Under the pieces are notes generated by a model. The model searched no databases. It saw only the letters and a program-made list of their open reading frames with translations, and was not told the DNA's origin. A program made the translations under genes and the position numbers. DNA of 64,000 bases from Bispira polyomma (lineage: Eukaryota), in contig OZ287756.1 in NCBI GenBank assembly GCA_965649765.1, positions 44,330,001 to 44,394,000 on the forward strand, read 5' to 3'. Positions 41,601 to 52,660 of this stretch are shown here, one piece after another (the first letter of the stretch is position 1; the number at the start of each line of letters is the position of its first letter).

Positions 41601-44600
41601 TGTCACCTTCTTTGACATCTTCAGTGTGTTTGTGTTCATCTTCTGCAGCATCAGTAGGTGAGTCGCCATCCAGTATTGGTGTTTCATCATCAACACATGT
41701 ACCAACTGGGACAGGCGCTTCTTCCTCCTTAGAATCTTCAGTCAGGTCATCTTCTTGTGTGACTTCATCTGGTTTGGATGATTCAGCATCCTCCAATTCA
41801 CTTTCATCCATTGAAAGATTATCTGTGTCTCTGCTTTCTTCATCCATAGTTTCTGTAGGTTCAGTAATTTCCTTTTCTGGTTCTTTGTCATTCTCTTCAT
41901 CCACACAAGTACCGTCTGGAACAGGAACACCAGTGTCATCTTCTTGTATTCTGTCCCCTTCTAGATCCTTTTCAGACTGTGGTGTAACAGTTTCTCTTGG
42001 AGTGTCACCTTCTTCGACATCTTCAGTGTGTTTATGTTCATCTTCTGCAGCATCAGTAGGTGCGTCACCATCCAGTATTGGTGTTTCATCATCAACACAT
42101 GTACCAACTGGGAAAGGCGCTTCTTCCTCCTTAGAATCTTCAGTCAGGTCATCTCCATGTGGGGCTTCATTTGGTTTGGATGGTTCAACATCTTCCAATT
42201 CACTTTCATCCATTGAAAGATTATCTGTGTCTTTGCTTTCTTCATCCATAGTTTCTGTAGGTTCAGTAATTTCCTCTTCTGGTTCTTTGTCATTCTCTTC
42301 ATCCACACAAGTACCATCTGGAACAGGAACACCAGTGTCATCTTCTTGTATTCTGTCCTCTTCTAGATCCTTTTCAGACTGTGGTGTAACAGTTTCTCTT
42401 GGAGTGTCACCTTCTTTGACATCTTCAGTGTGTTTGTGTTCATCTTCTGCAGCATCAGTAGGTGAGTCGCCATCCAGTATTGGTGTTTCATCATCAACAC
42501 ATGTACCAACTGGGACAGGTGCTTCATCCTCCTTAGAATCTTCTGTCAGGTCATCTTCTTGTGTGACTTCATCTGGTTTGGATGATTCAGCATCCTCCAA
42601 TTCACTTTCATCCATTGAAAGATTATCTGTGTCTCTGCTTTCTTCATCCATAGTTTCTGTAGGTTCAGTAATTTCCTTTTCTGGTTCTTTGTCATTCTCT
42701 TCATCCACACAAGTACCGTCTGGAACAGGAACACCAGCGTCATCTTCTTGTATTCTGTCCCCTTCTAGATCCTTTTCAGACTGTGGTGTAACAGTTTCTG
42801 TTGGAGTGTCACCTTCTTTGACATCTTCAGTGTGTTTGTTTTCATCTTCTGCAGCATCAGTAGGTGCGTCGCCATCCAGTATTGGTGTTTCATTATCAAC
42901 ACATGTACCAACTGGGACAGGTGCTTCATCCTCCTTAGAATCTTCTGTCAGGTCTTCTTCATGTGGTGCTTCATCTGGTTTGGATGATTCAACATCTTCC
43001 AATTCACTTTCATCCATTGGAAGATTATCTGTGTCTTTGCTTTCTTCATCCATAGTTTCTGTAGGTTCAGTAATTTTCTCTTCTGGTTCTTTGTCATTCT
43101 CTTCATCCACACAAGTACCGTCTGGAACAGGAACACCAGTGTCATCTTCTTGTATTCTGTCCTCTTCTCGATCCTTTTCAGACTGTGGTGTAACAGTTTC
43201 TCTTGGAGTGTCACCTTCTTCGACATCTTCAGTGTGTTTGTGTTCATCTTCTGCAGCATCAGTAGGTGAGTCGCCATCCAGTATTGGTGTTTCATCATCA
43301 ACACATGTACCAACTGGGACAGGTGCTTCATCCTCCTTAGAATCTTCTGTCAGGTCATCTTCTTGTGTGACTTCATCTGGTTTGGATGATTCAGCATCCT
43401 CCAATTCACTTTCATCCATTGAAAGATTATCTGTGTCTCTGCTTTCTTCATCCATAGTTTCTGTAGGTTCAGTAATTTCCTTTTCTGGTTCTTTGTCATT
43501 CTCTTCATCCACACAAGTACCGTCTGGAACAGGAACACCAGCGTCATCTTCTTGTATTCTGTCCCCTTCTAGATCCTTTTCAGACTGTGGTGTAACAGTT
43601 TCTGTTGGAGTGTCACCTTCTTTGACATCTTCAGTGTGTTTGTTTTCATCTTCTGCAGCATCAGTAGGTGCGTCGCCATCCAGTATTGGTGTTTCATTAT
43701 CAACACATGTACCAACTGGGACAGGTGCTTCATCCTCCTTAGAATCTTCTGTCAGGTCTTCTTCATGTGGTGCTTCATCTGGTTTGGATGATTCAACATC
43801 TTCCAATTCACTTTCATCCATTGGAAGATTATCTGTGTCTTTGCTTTCTTCATCCATAGTTTCTGTAGGTTCAGTAATTTTCTCTTCTGGTTCTTTGTCA
43901 TTCTCTTCATCCACACAAGTACCGTCTGGAACAGGAACACCAGTGTCATCTTCTTGTATTCTGTCCTCTTCTCGATCCTTTTCAGACTGTGGTGTAACAG
44001 TTTCTCTTGGAGTGTCACCTTCTTCGACATCTTCAGTGTGTTTGTGTTCATCTTCTGCATCATCAGTAGGTGTGTCACCATCCAGTATTGGTGTTTCATC
44101 ATCAACACATGTACCAACTGGGACAGGCGCTTCTTCCTCCTTAGAATCTTCAGTCAGGTCATCTTCTTGTGTGGCTTCATCTGGTTTGGATGATTCAGCA
44201 TCCTCCAATTCACTTTCATCCATTGGAAGATTATCTGTGTCTTTGCATTCTTCATCCATAGTTTCTGTAGTTTCAGTAATTTCCTCTTCTGGTTCTTTGT
44301 CATTCTCTTCATCCACACAAGTACCGTCTGGAACAGGAACACCAGTGTCATCTTGTATTCTGTCCCCTTCTAGATCCTTTTCAGACTGTGGTGTAACAGT
44401 TTCTCTTGGAGTGTCACCTTCTTCGACATCTTCAGTGTGTTTGTTTTCATCTTCTGCAGAATCAGCAGGTGAGTCACCATCCAGTATTGGTGTTTCATCA
44501 TCATCACATGTACCAACTGGGACAGGCGCTTCTTCCTCCTTAGAATCTTCAGTCAGGTCATCTTCATGTGGTGCTTCATTCTGTTTGGATGATTCAACAT

Positions 44601-45092
44601 ATTCCAATTCACTTTCATCCCTTGAAAGATTATCTGTGTCTTTGCTTTCTTTATCCATAGTTTCTGTAAGTTCAGTAATTTCCTCTTCTGGTTCTTTGTC
44701 ATTCTCTTCATCCACACAAGTACCGTCTGCAACAGGAACACCAGTGTCATCTTGTATTCTGTCCCCTTCTAGATCCTTTTCAGACTGTGGTGTAACAATT
44801 TCTCTTGTAGTGTCATCTTCTTCAACATCTTCAGTGTGTTTGTCGTCATCTTCTGCAGCATCAGCAGATGAGTAGCCATCCAGTATTGGTGTTTCATCAT
44901 CAACACATGTACCAACCAAGACAGGTGCTTCGTCCTCTTCAGAATATTTACTCTGGTCATTTTCATGTGAGGCTTCCTCTGGTTTGGATAACTCAACATC
45001 TTCGAACATTTCGTGAATACTATTATCATCACTTATATTTTGAACCGGCGATGAGTAACCTGAACTTGATGAATTTTTTCTTGAATAGGCAT
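8637..45092 (-). CDS. Giant 36,456-nt coding exon (12,152 codons) encoding a D/E-rich, probably disordered repeat region
   Basis: Lies within the 12,209-aa ORF 8482..45111. Acceptor ttttaattacAG|ATGCC (AG at 45094-45093) and donor CATG|GTCAGT (GT at 8636-8635). Both ends are phase 1 and the length is divisible by 3. The ORF sequence outside these sites is AT-rich and intron-like. Confidence 0.88.
8670..45010 (-). repeat. Coding tandem array, 402-bp (134-aa) unit, about 90 copies, with higher-order structure
   Basis: Shadow ORFs recur every 402 bp from 13602 to 44154. There are three 126-bp internal duplications (9601-9726, 10531-10656, 13471-13596) and 399-bp units at the 5' end. Representative unit: EDDTGVPVPDGTCVDEENDKEPEEEITEPTETMDEESKDTDNLPMDESELEDVESSKPDEAPHEDDLTEDSKEEEAPVPVGTCVDDETPILDGDAPTDAAEDENKHTEDVEEGDTPRETVTPQSEKDLEGDRIQ. 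Confidence 0.98.
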
Positions 45093-45619
45093 CTGTAATT
45101 AAAAGTCGCATTTCTTATAATTATAAATAGGAACTCCTCCTGATATTTCCAGACCACAAGAGACAACAGTTTGTTGTGTTCTTTAACATTACTGAATTAA
45201 TCCTGGCACTTGTAAAGCACCTGGACAAGCTGATATCGGTCATTAATGTAACGTTAAAGTAAACATCAATGATTTTATTATAAATGTTAAAATTAGATAA
45301 ATAGATATTGCAATTATATGCATTATTTTGTTTGTTTAATACCATATATATCCAGCAAGTTATATTTAAATACAATGCAAAGCGAGAGAATTCTTTAACA
45401 TAATCTAAAATAGAAGACTGTACTGAGAGCATCTGTATAGTGCAATCTAATATCTGTACTTTGAATGTGCTTAATCATTATCAAACTAAAATCTAAAATG
45501 TGTCTCATACAAAATTGTATAGCAAATAATGGTCATTAAAAGAATCTATGTATTTTTAATGAGAGTAAAGCTTTTAACATTAGTTATTTAGTACAGTAGG
45601 TATGATTCACCCTACTAAA

Positions 45620-45848
45620 TTTAGTTTTAGTTCATGTTAAATGCCACTTCCAACACATTTATGTGATAGCACATCAGGGAGTTCAGTGATGGCAGAAGTC
45701 AGAACGGAGTAGTTGGTCATAATGTTCTGCTCTGCTAGCCCTTTGAAAATCTACTCTCAATTTTCTCACACACAGTCATAGCCGAGATTCGAACCCACGA
45801 CATCAGAGGTGGAAGATGAGTGTTTTACCATTGTATCACCGAGGCCCC
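45620..45848 (-). mobile_element. tRNA-derived SINE (degenerate), intronic
   Basis: The minus strand begins GGGGCCTCGGTGATACAATGG (A-box-like) and has a B box GGGTTCGAATCTC. It shares gccgagattcgaacccacga with the element near 51345. Confidence 0.7.
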
Positions 45849-45960
45849 TGCAGACCCCAACTCTAATATTTGTCTTGATGTCCTTTCTGGTGTGGGGATT
45901 TTATGTACAATATTTATTTAATCGAAGCAGTACTTTCCCGACAGAAAAAGTTATCAATAC

Positions 45961-46080
45961 CTTTAGATACTGAAGGAGTTCTAGGGCTTCCTGTTTGTCC
46001 AATATACGGTAGAAATGGTGTTCCAGGGTTGCTGTAGCAATCTCCTTCACCTCTATTACTGCCTGATCGTGGTCTTTGAT
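45961..46080 (-). CDS. Internal 120-nt exon of the giant gene: (D)QRPRSGSNRGEGDCYSNPGTPFLPYIGQTGSPRTPSVSK
   Basis: Acceptor ttcctgtAG| and donor AAAG|GTATTG, phase 1-1, open, and in frame with both neighbours. GC-richer than its flanks. Confidence 0.85.
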
Positions 46081-48114
46081 CTACAGGAATCATGCCAATA
46101 AATATAACTAGTCACATATATTCAATGCGATGTAACAAACAAACAGACAGTAATGAGCAAACAATCTCTTGGCAGAATACAATCATTCAATGAGCGATGA
46201 ATCAGTCACATATTTCAAAATTTCTTCTATTTTTGCTTACAGAAGACAAGGATTTTAGGAAATTACCTGCAAATACTGCCCTAACTTGTGGTATTCAGGA
46301 TATTCAGTTACACAGGGACACTATATAGGGTTGAGTGACCGAATTGGTCTAATAGTTGTAATACAATAGGAGTTTTGATTTTAACATAAAGTGTCGCTAC
46401 CAAAGCTCCCATTGTATTACAACTATTACGTGGTAATTTCATCAAATAGTCAATAATAAGTTAAATAATTTACTATTTAGAAGATCATTTTTGTTTGAAC
46501 TGGGTTCCAAAAACCTCCTATTGTCATTAAGATAGTTGCTGAGCATGAGCATTCCTACCCTAGAAGAGAGGTCTCACCTTTGAATCCATATTGGGGGAAG
46601 TTTCTTTATTGGTCGATTAAAATATATTTGTCTTCGAAGTCTGTTAATATTTCGATATTAATAGGTTAGGTGTACACCTTAAGTTAATATTCGATCGATT
46701 TCATTCAAATATAAACAGTCAAAAACTACAATAATTTCTCTATAACACAATATACATATACAATTTGTGGATTATTAGTTGCTGAGATAAATTTTTTTAT
46801 ATATTAAATGTGCCCCTAAAATGGTAATATTTCAATATTTACATGTTAGGGGTATACTTCAACAATCAAAATATTAGTTAATATTACATGGATTGTATAG
46901 AAATAAAGACAGTCAGAAACTACAATAATTTGTCTTTTAATACCACATATGTATCAATTTGTAGGAATTTTAGTTACAGGGCATAATACATTTTTTGTAT
47001 GAAATTTGCTCTTAAAATGGTGAGATTTCCGTATTTACATGGTACGTTTACATTTCAACTATCGAAACATGCATAAATATTGAAATGGATTTTATTCAAA
47101 TAAAGAAAGTCACAAAGCATATGAATTTAATATAACATTTAAAGTTTGAGTTTATATAATCACAGAGATATTGCAATGTATCAATTTAGTTACCCTCAAT
47201 TATTGGCAAACTTTTACCTACAGCTCAACTTCAACTGACAATATCGTTTATAGAATTTCATTAAATTGTAAAACAGCTGATGGCCTTTATATTGATATGA
47301 CAATGACAATTTTAGGTTGATCTTTACATCCATTTAATGAAATAAAATATTCGGGAATAATGCTATAAAATACTGGCATATATTCCAGGAGGGTCTAGGT
47401 TTCATTATAAGTTTAGTACAAAACAAGATCTCTTCTTCTTAAATGAGGCTGTGTATGATGTTTCAAAGCAATGACATTGAAGGAAGGAGCAACTGACCTT
47501 AACAACAAATAGTGTCATTAAGATAGCACGTGTTGTAGCGAAAATATAATAAACTAAAAGCAATTAAACAGACTTCATTGACCAATATACTGGTCTTTCG
47601 TTTATATGTATCAGATGAGAAGATGAGAGACAATAATTAGATATGTATTAAAGCCATTATGTGTACATATTAGGTAATATTTGATTTCATTTTCATAATT
47701 TTATAAGATGATAAAAAATTGACTTTACTTTTAGATGTATGAGATGAAAGGAGGATGGTGCATACATATCTATTAATTAGAGGTGAGACAAGGCTTGGTG
47801 ACGCGATAACAGTTCCAATTTGTTTGTAAACTGAAGTAAAATTGACGAATCAGCGACTCAAAAACGTTAGAACAATCATTTTGGTCAAATTATTGCACCC
47901 AATATTTGTTTTCCCCATTAATTCCAATATTCTACCAGATATAGGTCATCTTTGTTCGCAAGATTCTGGTTTCTGGAATTGGTTCATACTGAATTCATGG
48001 GTACTCGTATACAAGACGATTCAATGTCTGCGATTACTCTTGCCACGTTTTATAGTGCCCAAAACATCCCTACAATTATTAGATAAGGACATGCTCATGT
48101 TTTCCCGACAATTG

Positions 48115-48785
48115 ACGAAGACGATTCGGAGACGACTCAAAAATCAAAGTTGGCAGATGGAAATCCAAAAATGACTTCATGTCATTGTCCTCCTTTGTTT
48201 GGTTAAAATGTATGGCAAAAAATGCGGTAATTAGTGTTAGGTCAATGGAATTTTAGTCTAGTGTTATTAAATAATTAAAATTTACAGTAAACATATATTA
48301 TTGTATTGGGCATAAGGTCACCTTACATCACATAGTACATAATGTACTCCTTTATCTCACTTTTGACTTAGCACAAAATTTTAAAAATCTTAAATACAGT
48401 TAAGTTAACCTTAAATAAATAAATTAACGTTTCAGATGACTTACTTCAAAATTGTGTAAACCTTAAACTCATTTGAGTCAACCTTAACTAAATTTAACTA
48501 ACATCAAGTTAGGGTGACATTATGCCCACAACTAGAACTGTATATAAAAACCAGTAGATTCAACATGTAGTAGCTAATAAAATTATTATACCGCATATAT
48601 GGCGTATAAATGTAACTATTTGACATTTTAACTGCTACCCAGAGGAACTGGACGAAGACGACTCGGAAATTAAAATTGGCAGATGAAAATCCAAAACTGA
48701 CTTCACCTCATTGTTCTTTTTTGTTTGGTTAAAATGTAAGGCAAAAAATGCGGTAATTCGTGTGTCAGGGTGAGGTCAATTGAAG
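48115..48785. repeat. Diverged direct repeat of about 130 bp (48115-48250 and 48651-48785), probably a transposon remnant
   Basis: Both copies contain gacgaagacga...ttggcagatg.aaatccaaaa.tgacttca...tttgtttggttaaaatgta.ggcaaaaaatgcggtaatt. Confidence 0.75.
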
Positions 48786-49092
48786 TTTGGTAAACAATTT
48801 TTTAATTCTGAAGTAACTAGCCCAAAATTTAAAAAATAAAAGGTGCCTCATTTTCCTCGGCCCTATATTCGAAATTTCCTCCTAACACTCACAAGAGCAG
48901 TGGGTGAAAACGCTGTCCTTTGAACCAAAATTGGATGAAGAACATTTCCGATTACTCGGGCCGCATTTTTTGTGCCCATTGGCTACCATCAATAAATATG
49001 GACATGTTCGTGCTTCTCCTACAAACTGTGCACACATTTCATATAAAATACCTTTTAAAAAAGAAATGTACAAATAAAAAGAGGCGTAGTAC

Positions 49093-49206
49093 CTGTAGTT
49101 AGTGGCGAGGATGTCCTGGGACTGTATGAGCTCTCTATGTGGGGTAGTGTAGGAGTGCATGATCTGGTTCTTGGGCTGGTTTCGTCTGAATACCTCGGAC
49201 TGGAAC
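49093..49206 (-). CDS. Internal 114-nt exon of the giant gene: (C)SSPRYSDETSPRTRSCTPTLPHIESSYSPRTSSPLTT
   Basis: Acceptor ttctgttacAG|GT and donor ACAG|GTACTA, phase 1-1, open. S/P/R-rich like the adjacent exons. Confidence 0.85.
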
Positions 49207-49510
49207 CTGTAACAGAATTAACACTATATATTTATCATATAGAAAGCTAAGTGAATGTATGTTGTTGTTGCCGTGTTGTTTTTGTTCTGTACACAAAGTC
49301 AAGATAACTCCTGTGTGCTAACAGAATCCCATCCACCTGTCAAAAACTATCAAAACTTACATAATAGAGGACATTATGAAAACACAGAACATAACGTCAT
49401 CATTTATTGCTTTGTTGTTGTATTTTGGACGGTATAAAACCACAGATACACATCGTATGTAATTTTCCATGCACTTTTATTGAATATGTGGTATATTTTA
49501 GAAATATGTT

Positions 49511-49607
49511 TAGACCGAATAATCTGTCCCTATTTAGCGAGATATTGAGTCCGTCATCAAAATAACAGCAAGGAATCTCGCTAAATAAGGACAGATTATT
49601 CGGTCTA
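49511..49607. mobile_element. 97-bp MITE with 33-bp terminal inverted repeats (TIRs) and a 9-bp target-site duplication (TSD), Mutator-like
   Basis: TIRs at 49511-49543 (tagaccgaataatctgtccctatttagcgagat) and 49575-49607 differ by one mismatch. aaatatgtt flanks both sides (49502-49510 and 49608-49616). Confidence 0.88.
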
Positions 49608-50924
49608 AAATATGTTGTACTTTATAACTATGGTATACATTTGCTTTCGTTAACCCATATATTTAATACAGACATAATGACACAAAATTTAAAACAAAAA
49701 GGGTTAATCCACCATACACATCTTCATAGTTGTTCTTTGTACATAACTTTTGCCTGCCGTATTCCTTTATGTCCAAACGAAATGGGGGCTTTCCCGAACA
49801 ACCGTTGATATTTTATGAACATAGGACTGATATAACATCTTATGGTTCTTTGTTGTTTTAACTGAAACTGCCAAAATTAACATATCTATTGGAGGTGTTG
49901 CACCAGTTATCGCCCACTGACAGTTTTTGTCATATCTACGTTTTGCCAATAATCTGTTGGAGAATCTTTTGCCCAAACCCCTAATGACTCTGAATGACCG
50001 TACACTTCAAAGTGTCAGAGGGTGGTTTTTAGACGTCACACTATGACTATTATTACTGATGCAATGCGAACATCCAGTAAAAATTAAAGCATTGTCGGGA
50101 ACATAAAACTTGGTCTGGGGGCATGGTGTATGTTTTGTTCATGGTCTGAATTTAACACCTCTGCTACTATTAATCTTGCCACTTTAAGCCTATTTTAGAA
50201 AAATAATTACAGAGGTATGGATTAAAATACTGTTTGGGTGATACCTATGGTTAAAATCAGGTGTTTCTTTTTAAATAATGTACTGTCTGCTTTCTGGGCC
50301 ACATTATTAAATGACCTTGTTTAATAAATTACTCAGTTCAAGTTTACATTGGTACATCATATTCAGTAAGTTTTAAATATATATTACATTTATTCATCAA
50401 AATTATGATATAAAATTATATTAACATAAAATTGCATCTCCTTACCTTTATTTATAATTATAATGGGTGTATGTGTAATTATAAATTCAAAATGACTTTA
50501 AACAATACTTAAAAATACAATTTGTTACCGTCACCTTAGTTTTCAGCAGTTTAAGTCAGAATTCGACTAAGACCATTCATTTTAAAGAAACACCTGATTC
50601 TTGGCTATTCTCCTACACAGCAACATACGTTTAATGAATACTCTTGGTGAAAGAATAAACATATTGGCCTCACTAACGACAACCCTCCAAATTCCAGGGA
50701 TACTTAATAATGTCCCCATACAGAACAGGTGTACGAGTTCCATTGATAATCAACAATGTCTACATACAGAATAGGTATAGACACACAAACTAAGGTTTGT
50801 CAAGTAGTCAAATTGAGAAAAAAATGCTTTACTATTTCACCAATGACTAACTGTCTATATATTTTAGTTTGCCTCAGAGTGTACTGGACAAAATCCGTGA
50901 TTAAAGGTCCAGAATATATATAAT

Positions 50925-51407
50925 GTTAGGGTTTAATGTCGCTTTCAAACCGGGGCCGCGGTGGCCTAGTGGTTAGCAAGCATTGCGCTTCACAATCACT
51001 GGTCTCTCACCTCTGGGTGGCGTGAGTTCGAATCCCGTCGATGCCTATGTGGGAAAGGTGGTAGTTCCTTACTGTGGGTGGCTGGTTTCTCTGCAGAACC
51101 TTGACCGACTGTATGCAGTGTTTCCTCCAGCGTTTCCAACTATCCGTCCCAATATAACCTACTAAAAGGTACTAAATATCCAAAATTCAAATTCAAATTC
51201 GCTTTCAAACCATTTTTGTCATATCATGACCTCCTAGTGGAAGAAATCAGAACATGCTAGTTCACAGTTGGTCAAGGTTTTCAGCTGTGTAAACCACTGG
51301 ATTTTGGCAGGCTGCGACCAACTTGTCCCCATACATGACCAGGCCGAGATTCGAACCCACGACTGCAAATGTAGGAAACCAGTGTGTTACCACTTCATCA
51401 CTGAGGA
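50925..51407 (-). mobile_element. Older tRNA-derived SINE interrupted by the younger SINE at 50952-51198
   Basis: Minus-strand B box (plus-strand gagattcgaacccacg near 51346). Its 3' end, gtttaatgtcgctttcaaacc..., is split by the insertion. Same family as 45620-45848. Confidence 0.6.
50952..51198 (+). mobile_element. Full-length tRNA-derived SINE with TSD
   Basis: Starts GGGGCCGCGG, with A box TGGCCTAGTGG, B box GAGTTCGAATCC and an (AAATTC)n tail. The 13-bp TSD tcgctttcaaacc lies at 50939-50951 and 51199-51211. Confidence 0.92.
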
Positions 51408-52269
51408 CTATCTAGCATATAGATGGCTCAAACCTATACTACAAGCAATGCTTCAAACCATCAGATAAACATATAGAACTTACACATACATGTACAATGT
51501 TAGTCTGTTAGAATAACGTTTGAATTATTTGGGTACTGTTAAGAATGTCACATTAATTTACTGGTTTCTGTACATGTTTGATACTTATGGATAGGCTGTT
51601 AAACACATACTATAGTATGATTAATTCTCACAATTTTAGCCACTAATGCTCTTGAGTGAAGATAGCTATACATCATTCCCAGTTCAGAAAATATATTGTG
51701 CCACAAGGTCTTACTAAATACTTAATACAGTAAACTTTTCTAGTATCCTTGGAAGTAGCATACTTGGTGTTACCATGACAAATGGTATTCCACCTTTACA
51801 TAGTGTGTGTTTTAATCTATGACATTTAGTAGGTCCATACTCCTTACCAGGTGGCCTGTGAGACAGTGTAGCAAGGGTGGTGTTCACAAAAGGGCAAAAC
51901 CAAGACTTTGTCCCAGATATAGTGTACTTTTATGCTAGATCTAGGACCATGTCTAGAATAAGCCCTTCTGTGACTTGGTATTTATTGTAATAAAATATAT
52001 ACTTAATGCATTTATATATCTTTATCTTGTATTGAAGCACTAATGTGCCTTTCTTTGACTACGTCTGAATGATCTTTAGCCTGTCAATGGGTAATTGTAG
52101 AACAAATGGCGACTAATTTAATTAAGTCTTCGCAGTCACTATTTATATGCCTGTACCTGGTCAACCCCAGTCTGGGATCGATAGGTAGTTTGCTAGGTAG
52201 TCTGTATACCTAAAACAGTGTGTTACTCACTCGGCTATAGCCGGCTTGGATGGCTTTGTAAATTTGGGG

Positions 52270-52660
52270 ACCTAATATAGGGACAAAATATTAATAATGA
52301 TTCACAACTTTACATGAGAAACCATGACTGACTAATTTTAGAAAGTTTCACGCCTGATTTTATTACGAAATAATATACCTCAATATTATTAAACATTACA
52401 CCTAATATAGGGAAAATAAATGAGGGCAAACTATAAATATAAACCACAACTTTACTTGTAAAACCATGACTGACTGATCTTGGAATGGCTTTGTGAGACT
52501 GGCGCCTGATACTTTAATAAGCACATAATATAACTCAATATTACCAAATAATATACCCTCAATATTATCGAATAATATACCTTAATATTACTAAATATTA
52601 CACCTAATATAGGGAAAATATTACGGCCAAAACATAAACAAATAAAGCACAACTTTACAT
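52270..52660. repeat. Three diverged tandem copies of an intron-start segment
   Basis: cctaatataggg.aaaata recurs near 52272, 52401 and 52603, and cacaactttac recurs at 52303, 52445 and 52648. Confidence 0.75.

Noticed and set aside
8802-44750. Many recurring 62-127-aa ORFs (MTLVFLFQ..., MVHVLMMK..., MYSVLFSI...)
   Set aside because: They are alternative-frame translations of the 402-bp repeat, recurring at the repeat period, with no independent gene signals.
8690-44875. 12,061-aa Ser-rich plus-strand ORF antisense to the giant exon
   Set aside because: It is a shadow ORF. In this register a plus-strand stop needs a Tyr codon after T/C, or a His/Gln codon after T, on the minus strand. The repeat almost lacks Tyr and has few His/Gln, and one open unit is copied about 90 times. 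The ORF ends exactly at GGC-TAC (Gly-Tyr; TAG at 44873-44875) and starts at a non-ATG codon.
8740-44930. EGF-like domains suggested by GTCVD
   Set aside because: There are only two Cys per 134 aa, far apart; the six-Cys EGF pattern is absent.
8670-45010. CRISPR array or non-coding centromeric satellite interpretation
   Set aside because: There are no unique spacers or cas genes and the context is eukaryotic. The unit length is a multiple of 3, the frame is open and splice sites flank the array.
50250-50600. Inverted repeat aatcaggtgtttcttt / aaagaaacacctgatt
   Set aside because: Probably an old foldback element, but I could not define termini or a TSD.
50952-51040. tRNA gene (also considered at 54253)
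   Set aside because: A and B boxes are present, but I could not build a convincing cloverleaf. The sequence continues into a SINE body, with a tail and TSD at 50952.
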